This document shows, piece after piece, positions 12,801 to 25,422 of a stretch of DNA of 64,000 nt. The notes under the pieces are model-generated. The model was not told where the DNA came from. It did not search any database and saw only the letters and a program-made list of their open reading frames with translations. The translations under genes were made by a program, and so were the position numbers. How positions within the stretch are numbered: the first letter of the stretch is position 1; each line of letters begins with the position of its first letter. Origin of the DNA: Paragordius varius (lineage: Eukaryota > Animalia > Nematomorpha); NCBI GenBank assembly GCA_964247055.1, contig OZ176055.1:9920001-9984000 (forward strand), given 5' to 3'.

Positions 12801-14537
12801 TTAACAGTGGAATACAACACATTCATCTCAGTCTTTTCATTCAAATTGCGGTAGTTAGATACCCCAAGTTAAAAATTAGATAATTTTGAATTACATAAAT
12901 GTCTGGCAAAGATTTGCATTTATATAGCATTAATGAACTCAAATATATACTTGATACTACTTATTTTGTAAAACCTTAAAGGTAAACATTTAACCAAGAT
13001 GACATGTGTGCATAAGTTAAATATAAAAATAATGAAATATATACTACTGATTATACCAATATTAAATATAATTTTAATAAAATGATACACTTAATTTTAG
13101 CCTTATAATAAAAAAAACACGATATTTTTGAAAAATACTGTAAAAAAAAATGGCGTTTAAGTAGTGTGATACGGATTAAATTAAATTGAGTTTTTTTCTG
13201 TAGTTATTTTAAAATATCAACTTAAGATATTTAGACCCAGAATCGGTGTTAAAAACCGAGTAAAATTACTGCTACTTTTACTAAAAATAAACTATTTTGT
13301 CTTAATATACAGTAAAAAATAAAGTAACCGGAACATATCCTATTGCACAGTGTTTAAGTTATTCTGATGAAATTTATATATTTTGCAATAGGAAAATGCA
13401 TCGGAAATATTATGGCTTTTGGCCTTTACGAATTATATAAAATAATTTACAATTTGTGGTAACTGCTCTTGATCAGAAAAAAATTTGGGCCTATTTTGTA
13501 TAATATATTTATCGAAATTAAACGCTCACTAAAATATTTCAAACACATTAAAAAATTAGATGTGGTCTCTGGTCCCAAATATTAGCCTTAATATATGAAG
13601 TGTTTTTAAAATAAATGCTAAAATGGCTTGTATGCGCGAAAAAAATTTAAATACCTTGGCATCAAAAAGGTTTTTCTTAAAAAGGATGATATATTAAATA
13701 TTGGTTATAATTATAATTATGTTAAAGGGCACCTAATACTATTTTGAAACATGATATTGGTTAAAAATGCTTTATAAATCCACTTTTAAATAGAATTAGA
13801 TCTGAATATTTCTATCTCCTCAAAACTTTAAATATTCATTTGTCTTCAGATGCGTGTCATAATTAAATTTAATAAAATAATTTTATTTTTTGATGATAAA
13901 ATTATATATATATATATATATAAATATTTGGAATTTTATCGCAAAACTCGGCTATTTTGCGGTAGTTTACAAGAATTAATCCTAATTAGAAAACCAAAAA
14001 ATAGACCTTACAAAGCCTATAATATAAAATTATAGATAGGCTTTTTTAGATTTTATATTTTATTTATTTTTTTGGAAGAAGCATTTAGCTTTCACTAAAA
14101 AATTTTAATTGTGCTCAAGTATCGCTATATTTTAATGAAGCAGTTACCGCTAAATAAAAAAACAGAATAATATTTGAAGATATTTTTATCGACACGTAAA
14201 ATTTGGATACCGATTGTTCAGAATTCACTAATAATTTTTTTAAATATAATTTTTGATGGCATATAGCATATTATAAAAATTTTATGGCACTAGTCGGCAA
14301 TTTTGCGTTTAAATCGACAACTGGAAAGCAAAAATTTCTGGACTTTCAGATATCTAAAAACTAAAATTATAAAAATATAGTCGCTTTTTAAATATACTTT
14401 CATTTTAATATATTTTAATATAGAGCATGTAACTTTTGCCAAAGAAATATTTCAAAAATTTCCATTGGCGACTTTTCGATATGAAGCAATTATCATAAGA
14501 ATGTATATATTTTTCCTATAGCAGTCGTATGATTTAA

Positions 14538-17273
14538 CACTTTGATACAACACATTCATTTTCGGTTCAAATTGGGGTAGTTAAATACCCCAAACCTGTT
14601 TAAAATTAAATTCCTTAAAAAATATGGAAAGAATCGAACATGGAAAACTTTCCACTTATATAACCTTAATAAACGGAGATATATAAAAAAATTTACTCAA
14701 AAATTCTTGATATTACTTATTTTAAGGTAAAAGCAGAAGGTAAAAATTTAGTCAATGTGACATGCGCAGTGGCGTACCGAGCATTTGCGGCGCCCGGGGC
14801 ATAAAACTCCTATGTCGCCCCCTCCCCCCTTCTCCTTTTGAAAGTCAATAAAACAATTTAGTAAAAAAATATCGCCCTTAAATGCTTTATTAAAATTAAT
14901 TTTAAGATCTTGCAATCTATGTTGAACCCTATCGATTATAAGTATTTGATGCCAGAAAAATGTTAAAAATTTAAATTTAAAACACATTAAAGTAAAATGG
15001 ATCCCTCACTTCTTGTTATACCAGTATTTGAAATATTTTTACTTAATTCTTTTAAGAGCCCTATCAAATCATCCATTCCCTCAATGGCATTAAGTGCTTG
15101 AATTCTAGCACTCCATCGGGCTTTCAGACTCACGCTTAACAGTTTTTTTAGTTTATTTGTTAATAGGTCTCATCTAATAGTTGAATAAAAAAAGATGGAT
15201 ATTTTCAATTATTCCGAAACACGTGACAACAATAACTTTTTGCTACCGTTACTCATACTAAATTTAAGGAATGATTGTCACAATTGACAAATATGCTCTT
15301 TTAATTATGTAATTCTTTGTTAAACGCCTGAAATGTGACCCGACATCACAGCTGTCTTTTCATAACATTGGAGATCTACAATTTGATAATTGAATAGTAT
15401 CCATATTTAAATTTTCTAAAATTACCTTTTCAATCGACAATGCAACTTTGTTGAATAACTGGAAAAAACCCAAAAAGGATTCCTTTATGACAACTTTCTT
15501 TTTCTCATAATCAATTAACACCTACCTGGCAACTTGAGTTTGTTCTCGGTGCGCTATATCTGGCGTTGAATCAAATATTAGTTCATAATATTTACTTTTT
15601 TTATGTCATTCATCAATTTAGATTTAACTCTTGAAGCTAAAAGATGTATAAACTCGTTTTTTGGATAAAACATAGGATAAAGTGTTAAAAAATTCAATAT
15701 TTCTCATGTGTTCTCCCATTATTGGGTCAAAAACAAGTTTTAGTAAAAATAGAGATTTCCAGGATTTGGTGCTGAGTCATCTAGATACATTAAACTTGCA
15801 ACATGACCTCAGGGAGATTTTGGTTGATTAGATATTTCATGCAGGCCAATATTTCATATAATAAGATCGATCAAAAAGTAGGCATCCATAACAATACTCA
15901 GATCTGTTCTTTGGTAAATATAAAAGCCAAGACTTCTCAACATCAAATCCTTTTTTACCGACACGTCGAAAAAACCAAGATTGCGTTGAACGATGATTTC
16001 AAAGAGATGGCATTTATTTTGATATACTTGAGATCCACGAAGAATCATTATTGTGTGAAGCTGATTAAATATTACGGGAGGGACATTATTATTACAAAAA
16101 AGCGACATCATTAAACTCTGTAGGTATAGCGCTTGGAATTACAATGATATATTTGTAGTTTTATATCTATTTATTGGATTAATAACTAGGATTTCAGGTG
16201 TATTTAATTTATTACCGTTATGTTTGTGTCGCATACACTTTTCAATGTTAGGGTCAGATATTTACGTTAAATAAGATTTCATACGCTTTCGCATTTTATT
16301 TGTTTTATTCTCTTCCTTGATTTTTCGTTTCCTATTTGCGTAACCGCTGAGTTTAGACATTGATATATGATGAAAATAAATGTAATTATAAAAAAACAAG
16401 GCTAAATTAATAAAACCTACCTTAGAGATGGAATGATCTTGGGGATTTAAATAAATAAAATTGGGTATTTGTATAAAATGGAATATCATAAATTATAAAG
16501 AGATAAGGGGTGGGCTGATAAAAAAGTCGCAGTTGACTTGTAAGCCAGGCGAAGTTGAGCAAGTTTAATTAAGCCAGCAAGTGTACAACAGAGCGACAAG
16601 TTAAAATAATTTAATTAAAGGCAATAAAAGAATTAACAAAATGTGCGTGAGAAAGAAACGTTTTTAAAGCGAAAAAATATGTTTGCACATGTTGAAGGGA
16701 ATAATGAAAGTTGTTTTTTGCATACTTTTTGATCTTGATCTCATTTATATAATTTTGATATTATTTTACAGATTACCTATGTTGCTGAAGAATTTTACTT
16801 GAAAGTTGTTATTATTTTTGCATAATTTAAATTTAATTTAAAAAAATCATTTAGGCGCCCCTAAATAACGGCGCCCGGGGCATGATGCACCCCCTTGCCC
16901 CCCCCCCCCCCCCCATCGGTACGCCCCTGGACATGCGTGCAATGGTAAAATTAAAAATTAATACAAAATAAACCGATTTTTCTATTTTTATCAGTGTTAA
17001 ATGTAATTTAAATAAGAAATAAGCTTTTTTACCCTCAAAATTATATGAATACAATATTTTGCAAAAATTTTGCAAAATAAAAATGGCGTCGAGTAGTTTG
17101 ACATGGGACTTTTTTTCAACCAAAACCTTATTTAGATATTTTGGCATATTTATATAATTTTTATTAGGATAAAAGCATAAATTTAAATTGGGACCGTTTC
17201 CTTCAGTAGTGTGTTGAAAATCCTAACTCAAATTTGTCTGGGGTATTAAGATACCCCAATTTGAATCAAAGTG
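14538..17273. mobile_element. piggyBac-like MITE split by a hAT insertion
   Basis: TTAA|cactttgataca... and ...caaagtg|TTAA. Removing the hAT and its TSD leaves about 565 bp, matching the 574 bp copy at 12227. Confidence 0.8.
14767..16929 (-). mobile_element. hAT transposon with a decayed ZMYM1-like transposase
   Basis: TIR CAG(T/G)GGCGTACCGA and a perfect 8-bp TSD GACATGCG (14759-14766 and 16930-16937). Minus-strand remnants FDSTPDIAHREQ, ESFLGF and RWSARIQAL contain stops and frameshifts. Confidence 0.92.
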
Positions 17274-17399
17274 TTAAAAAAACCTCATGCATATTTATTT
17301 ATTAGAATATATATATATATATATATATATATTTCCTCACCGGAGTGTAATGTGCAAATTTTTACAGCGATTGCGACAAAAAAATTAATGGTTTTTAAT

Positions 17400-17858
17400 A
17401 TACTACACATTCCTTTTATTCTATTCAAATTGGAGTCTTTGGATATCCTGGGTCTGTTTAAAATAGAATACTTAAAAATATGCAAAGTATGAAAACCATA
17501 ACAAAATTTGTTATTTTAAAACATCAAAGATTGAAAATATTAATTATTTCAAAATATTTGATATTACTCGTTTTAAGATAAAATAAAAAGTTAAAATTTT
17601 GTCAACATGCCATTGTTCACTAGTAAAATTAAAAAAATAACCATTTTTTAGTTTCATCAATGTTAGATGCGTAAAAATAGCTCTGATTTTAGCCTTAAAT
17701 TTAAATTCGATATGGAACTTTATTAAAACTAAATTTTTTATGGATATTTCGGCTTATTTATATTAAGATACAAGCATAAATTTAAATTGGGATCGTTTCT
17801 TTCAGTAGTTTTATAAAAATATTAACTCATGTGTTAATTCGATATTCAATCGAAGTGT
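17400..17858. mobile_element. Degenerate piggyBac-like MITE (same family as 12227)
   Basis: acacattccttttattctattcaaattgg... and terminal cgaagtgTTAA. Further fragments at about 33743-34490, 34600-34763 and 59390-59730. Confidence 0.6.
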
Positions 17859-17968
17859 TAATTATTTATATAAAACAAAACTAAACACGGACATTTTGTT
17901 GTAGATATCCATAAAATATTTTTAGATATTCTCTTCAACAACTGCAGTATATTTGGTAGTTAGGTAAC

Positions 17969-20899
17969 ATGCTAAATCCAGTCGTGTTTGAAAATCTCAG
18001 CAAAATTGGACTCATTAGGTTAAACAATGTGAATGCATTGAATGCCTTAACATTACCTATGACTCGACTTATCTATCAGAAATTATTGGTAATTTCGTAA
18101 TATATTTTTGCAGGAGTGGAAGTCCGATAATTCTGTTAATATGGTATATATTAAAGGTGAAGGTGATCGGGCCTTTTGTTCGGGTGGAGATGTGAAAAGT
18201 AAATTTTTATTATAATTTTAGCCATAACTACACAAATATCCCAGTTCAAAAACTATCAATCCGCAGATGAGTTTTTTAGGGAGGAATATACTCTGAATTA
18301 TGAGATTGGTATAAATAATATTTTATCGTGTACCGATTTAAGTTTAAAATAAATTTCCCACTTTTATATAAATTATTAAAATTTTTAGCCAATTACAAAA
18401 AACCTTACATAGCCTTTTTAAATGGGATAACTATGGGTGGAGGTGTGGGCCTTTCTGTCCACGGTTCTCATCGGATCGCAATGGATTCAACACTTTTTGC
18501 CATGCCGGAAACGGCTATTGGTTTTTCTTTTTGACATTTAAGCATATTAGATTAACTAATATGATAATTCCCTTTCGCGGATTTTGTTCATTCATTATTT
18601 AATTACAGTAAAAAAGGAAATTATACGGAAAAAACGTAAAGACAATTTTTTTTTTCTAAAAGACAACAACCATACTTTTTAAATCTTGATTTATTTCAAT
18701 ATAACTCATGGTTTAAATGGCAAATTATGAAAAAGAGATATATATATATTACTAACACAATCAATTCTATATTTTACAATTCTAACCAAATAGCTTATAT
18801 ATGAAAAAATAAGGTTTTAAAAAGTATGGTTGTTTTTCAGATAACAATATTTGTCTTTATATTTTTATGTTTTGTCCGTATAATTTCAGTTTTTACCTAT
18901 TATAATCGTTACTTAATTTTTTTACGGGAACAAACCTGTATTATTCTGTTCTGTTTTGGTTTGCCTAGGTTTAATTCCAGATGTTGGTGGTTCCTATTTT
19001 TTGCCGAAATTGCCTCATAATTTGGGTCTTTTCCTCGGGCTAACGGGCCAGCGGTTGAAGGGTATTGATGTTTTTACTTCGGGAGTCGCTACACACTATT
19101 TGGCCCCACAATATGTAAAAAAATATTTTGTAAAAATTTTATATATACCATTTATAATTCAAACTCACCCTTGAACAATTCAAATTTACCCTAAAATTAC
19201 GTGTTTTTTAAGATTAAAATTACCTTTATTTTCTAATATTTTTTTTTAAAATGTGAAATTCTGTTTAAAATTAATATAATGCTGAAAAAATAATAAACTA
19301 TGTCGTAAAAATATATTTCATATTAATGATTATTTATATTAGCCCGAAAACACATAATTTATTTTTAGGGTAAATTTCAATTGTTTAAGGGCGAATTCGA
19401 ATCGTAAATGGTATATTATATTTAGTAATAATATACGGACAAAACGTAAAAATATATAAAAACAAAATTTTTTAAATAAAATTATACTTTTTTAAAGCTT
19501 GATTAGAGATATAATTAATGGCACAATCAATTATATATTTTACGATTGTAATTAAATAGCTTTGATAGAAAAAATTAAGGTTTTAAAATAATGGTTGTCT
19601 TTTAGAAAAAAATATTTTTATATTTTTACGTTTTGTCCGTCCGTATAATTTAATTTTTACTGTATAAATTTCATTAATTTTGCAATATATTATTTTTTAA
19701 ACCAAAGGTTGCGAAATTTGAGCGCGAACTTTTTCTATCCAACGACACGTTAAATAAGGAAAAACTCAATGAGATACTCGGCGACTATCACGAAAAAGTG
19801 AAATGCTTAAAATGCTTGGATTTTTTAAGAATTTTGATGTTTTTTCAATGTTTCCAATAATATTTTTTACATTTTTAACATATTTTAAGTCAAGACATAC
19901 TTATTATGTTTAGTCCATTAAACTTAAAAAACCTACCCGGTCAGAAAATCTACCCTCTTCCAAACACCTAACATTAAGCCCACAAAATTTAGAGTTAATT
20001 GGAAAACTGTTTGATCCTGTACATTTTACAGAAGCCAAAAACCCCAAAAAAACTTTTTTTGATAAATTTGTTTCTCACCTAACAGAATGTTACCATAATT
20101 CACCCAAAGATGTTAAATATATCCTGGGCCCCTCTGCAATCAATTCTTTAGGCTTAGAGTCGTCTAATGAGAATTCTGACAATACTAACCTATCTCAACT
20201 TTCACCTACTTCTCTTAAAGTCTTTATTTTTACCTCTTTTATTTTATCATCATAAAATTATATTTTTTATATAATTAAATTTTTCATTTTAGCTAACATT
20301 TAAACTGTTGTGCGACAGTAAATCTCAGGGTTGGAATCTTAATGCTTGTTTGATTCACGAATTCCGATTGGTTTGTCGATGTTCACGTGCACACGATTTC
20401 GTTGAAGGCGTGCGGGCTGGTTTGTTTTTACAATTTATTACCTAAAATGATAAAATTATTTTTTTCCAGAAATACAGTAAAATAAGAAAAGGATTAATGT
20501 ATTATTAAGAAATATATGTTTTGAAACCCTTTTTTTATATCCTATCTTTTTTGGTATTTAACTATGGAATAGAGGTGTAAATTGGTATTGTCAATTTCAT
20601 AATTTTAATCTATAGAAAAATTATTTTTAAAAACAATAGTTTTATTTATGAAAAATTCTTACGCTTTTTGTTTTTTATTGTGGTTTATTTTCCGCAATTT
20701 TAAACTCAGGAGTTAAAGTTTATTTTTTGGTTTTGCTATGACTTAAGATTTCCATTTTTAAATAGCATTAGTTGATAAAGATAATAAACCAAATTGGGTC
20801 CCGGCCACACTTAAGGAAGTACCCGACTCTGTTATTTGTCAATATTTCGAACCATTCAAACCCGAAGAACAAGTCACTGAATTGAAATTATCCCAATGA
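17969..20899 (+). CDS. HIBCH: 3-hydroxyisobutyryl-CoA hydrolase (408 aa model)
   Basis: Exons 17969-18088, 18114-18198 (AFCSGGDVK), 18222-18308 (FFREEYTLN), 18389-18520 ([24 protein letters not shown]), 18969-19114 ([10 protein letters not shown]), 19708-19797, 19914-20219 (SPTSLK), 20293-20419 (DFVEGVRA) and 20766-20899 ([10 protein letters not shown]). Total 1227 nt in frame. Confidence 0.95.
18605..18897. mobile_element. MITE family 1 in HIBCH intron 4
   Basis: TA-cagtaaaaaaggaaattatacgg ... ttttgtccgtataatttcagtttttac. Another copy at about 19432-19662 lies in intron 5. Confidence 0.8.
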
Positions 20900-21620
20900 A
20901 TATATATGAGATATATATGCACACAACTATTTTGTGCATTTAAGCAGTTTTAATTATGTCATCTTTATATATATTAATAAATAATATATTTTCTTTTATC
21001 TTTTCAAAGTGATTCAGTTAATATTTTAAGAATCAGGATTTATGCTGGATGAAACGAAATTGTAATATATATAATATATGTCTATTTTACGCTTTCTTTG
21101 TGGATTTAAAGATGAAATTGCCAAAACAAGATTTAGTGCCAAAAAATTTGTCTTTCAGAAATATAGGCCTTTGGTTGTTTTTTGTTGTTAAATTTAAATT
21201 AATCTATATAGAAAGAGAATATTTCTAGTGAAATTTTATCAAAATTGGATAATAAAGGCTCTTTATATTCGAACTTGACCAAATAAGATAAAATATGTAT
21301 TTGCATAATTTTTTATATACAACCAACCGTGTATTAACCTTCTTGACTCTGATTTGATAAAACGTTTTCTGTTTGTTTGTTGTTTGCAAAAAAATTTTTT
21401 TGGCTCAATATAATAGCCATTCACATCGGTCATAAAAACAAAAGTCTATAAGGATTTGTGCTCTTTTTTTTACTATTAATATTAATATTGTAAAGTATTG
21501 CTTTTTTATTTTATATTCAAAAGCAGCTATGCTCTTATTGTTCTAGAACAACATATTAATCGTAGTACAAAATTAGTTTAGCCTACGCTTTTAGTTTAAA
21601 AAACACGGGGAATTGTTTAT

Positions 21621-24293
21621 ATGGATTCTTACGAAGATATAAAAAGTTTGGAGTTTTCGGATATCTTTCGACATCAAGAAGTAGAAGAAAAGAACGGAAC
21701 TTTTGAAAAAAGTTTCCAGGAATCTTTAGTTCTGCAAGAAAATGAAAAATCTCTCTTTACATTGGACACCGAAAATGGTGACACGAATCCCTCTTTAATT
21801 TTCCCGCATTCACTAAATTCGACACCAGGTTTTACTTTTTATTATATGGTAAATGTTTTACTTTTGTTATGTTGTGTTAAGATACGGATATGTGTTAAAA
21901 GACGTTAAAAAATTTTATATAAATGGGCTAATTGTTCGTTAAAATGAAAAGAAAAAAATATTTTAATACAATTATATGTGTTTAAAATCTTGAATGTTTT
22001 AATAGATTTAATTATATGATAGCGAAGGGTGATTATGTTATAAATTATTTATTTTGACTGTTAAGTTGCCAATTTATGCAAAAACCATAAAATTTTTACA
22101 ATGGATTAGTTGTAAAACACGCAATATATGTATTAAATATGACAAATAAAATTAAGATGTATTTTGTTTGTCTAGATCTCAATAAGATTGAAACATCCAC
22201 ACCTCTCCCCAAAGACCAAAGTCCGGAACTTTTGGAATTACTATTGAAAAAGTAGTCTTTTTTTTCAATTATATTATATTATAAAATGATTATAAATATT
22301 CAATATTTCTTAATAGATATCAATCCAAACCTGAGCTCAAAATTTCGCATTCTGAAAATTTGGGTATAATTACTATAACTAATATTAATATATTTATATT
22401 CTTATAAACTATTGGTAAATATTATAAAATAGCATTTAACAAGCTATTTTGACCATTAACGGCTGATTTTCACCTTTTACAGTAAATAAATTAAACGGAT
22501 AAAACATCAAAATATAAGGACAAAAATATTTTCAAAAGCCAATCATGTTTTTTTAAACCTTAATTTATCTTATAAAAAATCATTTGTTTACAATCGAAAA
22601 CATAATTGATTATGTTACCAATATACATCTTTACTTCATACTTTACAGATCAAAACAAAGGGGTAATATAAAAAAGGTTTAAAAAGTATGATTGTTGTTT
22701 TTAACAAAAAATGTTTGTTACGTTTTGTCCGTAGTATAATATCAATTAATACTAAAATTTGTTTAAACAGATGATTGTGTTGAAAAACTATACCCAAAAT
22801 AAATTGGCACAAGCGGATATTAAAATTTTGATTTATTTTATTGATATATTTTACAAGCTATATTTGTCCAATCTGAAATTATCATTGTGCAAAAGATATA
22901 ATTTGTATTAACCAGATCATAGAAGCTCTTTTAAAATATTCTGTTTTCAAATATGGCATAAAACGTTTTGAATCAAACACTCTAAAAAATGCAAACACAC
23001 AAATGATTGGTTTTGAAATATTATAAATATTGATTAAATTGTGCGGATTTAATACATATATAATGCTCCAAAAAATTGCTATAAAGCCAAGTTACAGAAA
23101 TTGGATTTATACGGACAAAACGTAATCTCCAAAGCTGCACTATTTATTTTTGGTGGCTTATATTACAGAGAATAGGACTCTACCCATCGGATTATTAAGA
23201 AATATCTTAAATTAATTTTTGCCTGCCTTTATACGTGAAATTATCATTGATCTACATGAAAAGCCTTGTATTTTACAGTGGCTGGATTTTACTAAGCGGC
23301 TTCTTTAAAGGGATTGGCTTAAATTTTTGTCTTTATATTGAGTAAACCTAAAACATTATAAATCCATTTGGCATAGTAAATTATTCTAAATTAGATTTCA
23401 AGCCACGTTTTTTTATATGGTGGCGCATACATGGATGACTTATACCTAGGGGCCAACGCTAGTCTAAATTTTTGCTTTTGTACTAAAAATAAGAAAAACT
23501 TTTATTGAATCCACAGATCTCATAACTTATACGAAAATTGGCTTCAAGGCTTATTTTTTGTTGTGTGCATTTAGAAAAAATGGAGTTCTACCCACGAGTT
23601 AATTCAAATAATTGATTTGTGGTCTTCTCATACTTTGGCGAAAAACTTTTTAAAAAAACTTTTTTTTGGCATTTATTATACGGAGGGGGGTTAAATACAG
23701 AGGCGCTAATTCAAAAAAGTCGGTTGTTTATGTTCGAATCGTAACTAAATTAGATTTAAATGGTTCTACACGGGCAATTAGTTTCAAAGACACTATTTTT
23801 GTGGATTTTTCGTTTAAAAAAAACCTTTCCAAACGAGATGGGTTAACTTATGGCTAATTAAAGAGGTTGGTTCGCTATAATAGGTGCATTCATATATCAT
23901 TTAATATGTTTTCTTTTTTGATTTGAATGGACCTAACCTATTTTGCAATAAATTGTCTCAAAAGCAATAATTTACAATCCATTATATATGAATCATGCTT
24001 TATCTTAAACATACAGGAAATTGAAATTGTACAGAGGAAACCTTAAAATCAAAAGTCAAATTAAAAATATCGAGGAAAAATATGGCTGTTTAAAAAAATT
24101 CTCTCTTAATTTTTATGTTTTGTTCGTACATACTTTTAATTTTTACTGTTTAGAAAAATCCAATGAATCCAATATTATTCCAATGAACCCGTTGCTGAGC
24201 AGAATTTCTGGTTTCCGTGATATTGGAAATAATTCTTTAAGCGCTCACCATCATTCCCAGTGGATGAAAGTTCCTCCCAATTCTCCGGCCTGA
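21621..24293 (+). CDS. Uncharacterised acidic protein (about 156 aa model)
   Basis: Exons 21621-21828, 22176-22251, 22317-22363 and 24154-24293 join in phase (471 nt) with GT/AG. No recognisable domain; additional exons are possible. Confidence 0.55.
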
Positions 24294-24794
24294 AAAAATA
24301 TTTTTTATTCCTTTTTAAATTTGTGTTTCAGGTGTGTGTAAAAATAAATAATTTAGTTTTAATAGTTGTACAATTATTGAGTCCTAAAAATTAACAATTT
24401 ATGATCAAAATAAAATTTTAAAAAGTTATTTTTTAGAAAGTTATCTTCTAATGTCACTGAGATTTTAAGTTTATTCTAAATTATGGGTAATAAAATTTTT
24501 AACTAAAAATTAAGATTTTATTTTATAAGCTTACATAATTTGTTTATTAAACCCAATAAATATGTTTTGTATTATAATTAATTTGGCTTACATTTCTATT
24601 ACGTCCTTGTATTATATCGTTTTCAAATTATTTCAGTCAAAATATACGGTTTAAGTATATTTTTAACAAATCAGAAATTATATAATAGTTTTAATAATTT
24701 TGATAAGGTTTACAAAAGTATTGGTGAAGCTTATTTCTGTTCATACAAAATGTTGAGTAATGCATTATGTTTTACAACATTTTGGAATAATTTA

Positions 24795-25065
24795 CAGTTA
24801 AAATTGAAATTATACGGACAAAATGTAAAAATATAAAGACTTTTTTTTCAAAAGACAAACCCACACTTTTTTAAACTGCTTTTTTTAAATATAATTGATT
24901 GTTTTAAAAATTGCAAAGTATGAAATAGAGATGTAAAATGGTAACACAATCATATTTTACACTTATTATATAGTTAATATGAGAAATATTAAGGCTTATG
25001 GTTGTTTTTAAGAAAAATATTTGCCTTTATATTTTTACGTTTTGTCCGTATAAATTCAGTTACTG
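24795..25065. mobile_element. MITE family 1
   Basis: TA-cagttaaaattgaaattatacggacaaaatg ... ttttgtccgtataaattcagttactg-TA. Other copies at about 22480-22750, 30976-31250, 53370-53590, 54153-54440, 55100-55290, 56630-56880 and 57016-57286. Confidence 0.85.
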
Positions 25066-25422
25066 TATAAATTGATAACAAGGGTAAGTGCCAAATAGTA
25101 TGGTTCAAGATTTAATTCAAATAGGATTTAGTACGTTAATTTTTTATATTAATATGAGCTGGCTGCCAATAATGAAATATTGATAGAATTTATTAAAATA
25201 ATGTATCAATTTAAGTATTAATACATTCTACTTATCCTTTATTAATAATAATTTATTATTTTTGGATCAGACAGCGATATATTATGTCAATTAAATTTAT
25301 GGTCAATCTAAACTACAACTTGAAATGTTTTTACCATCATTGGTATTTAAAAAAATTTATTTATTTAAATATCTAAAAAATAAATTAATGATAAGTTTTA
25401 TAAAAAGATAGTATAAGTGTCC

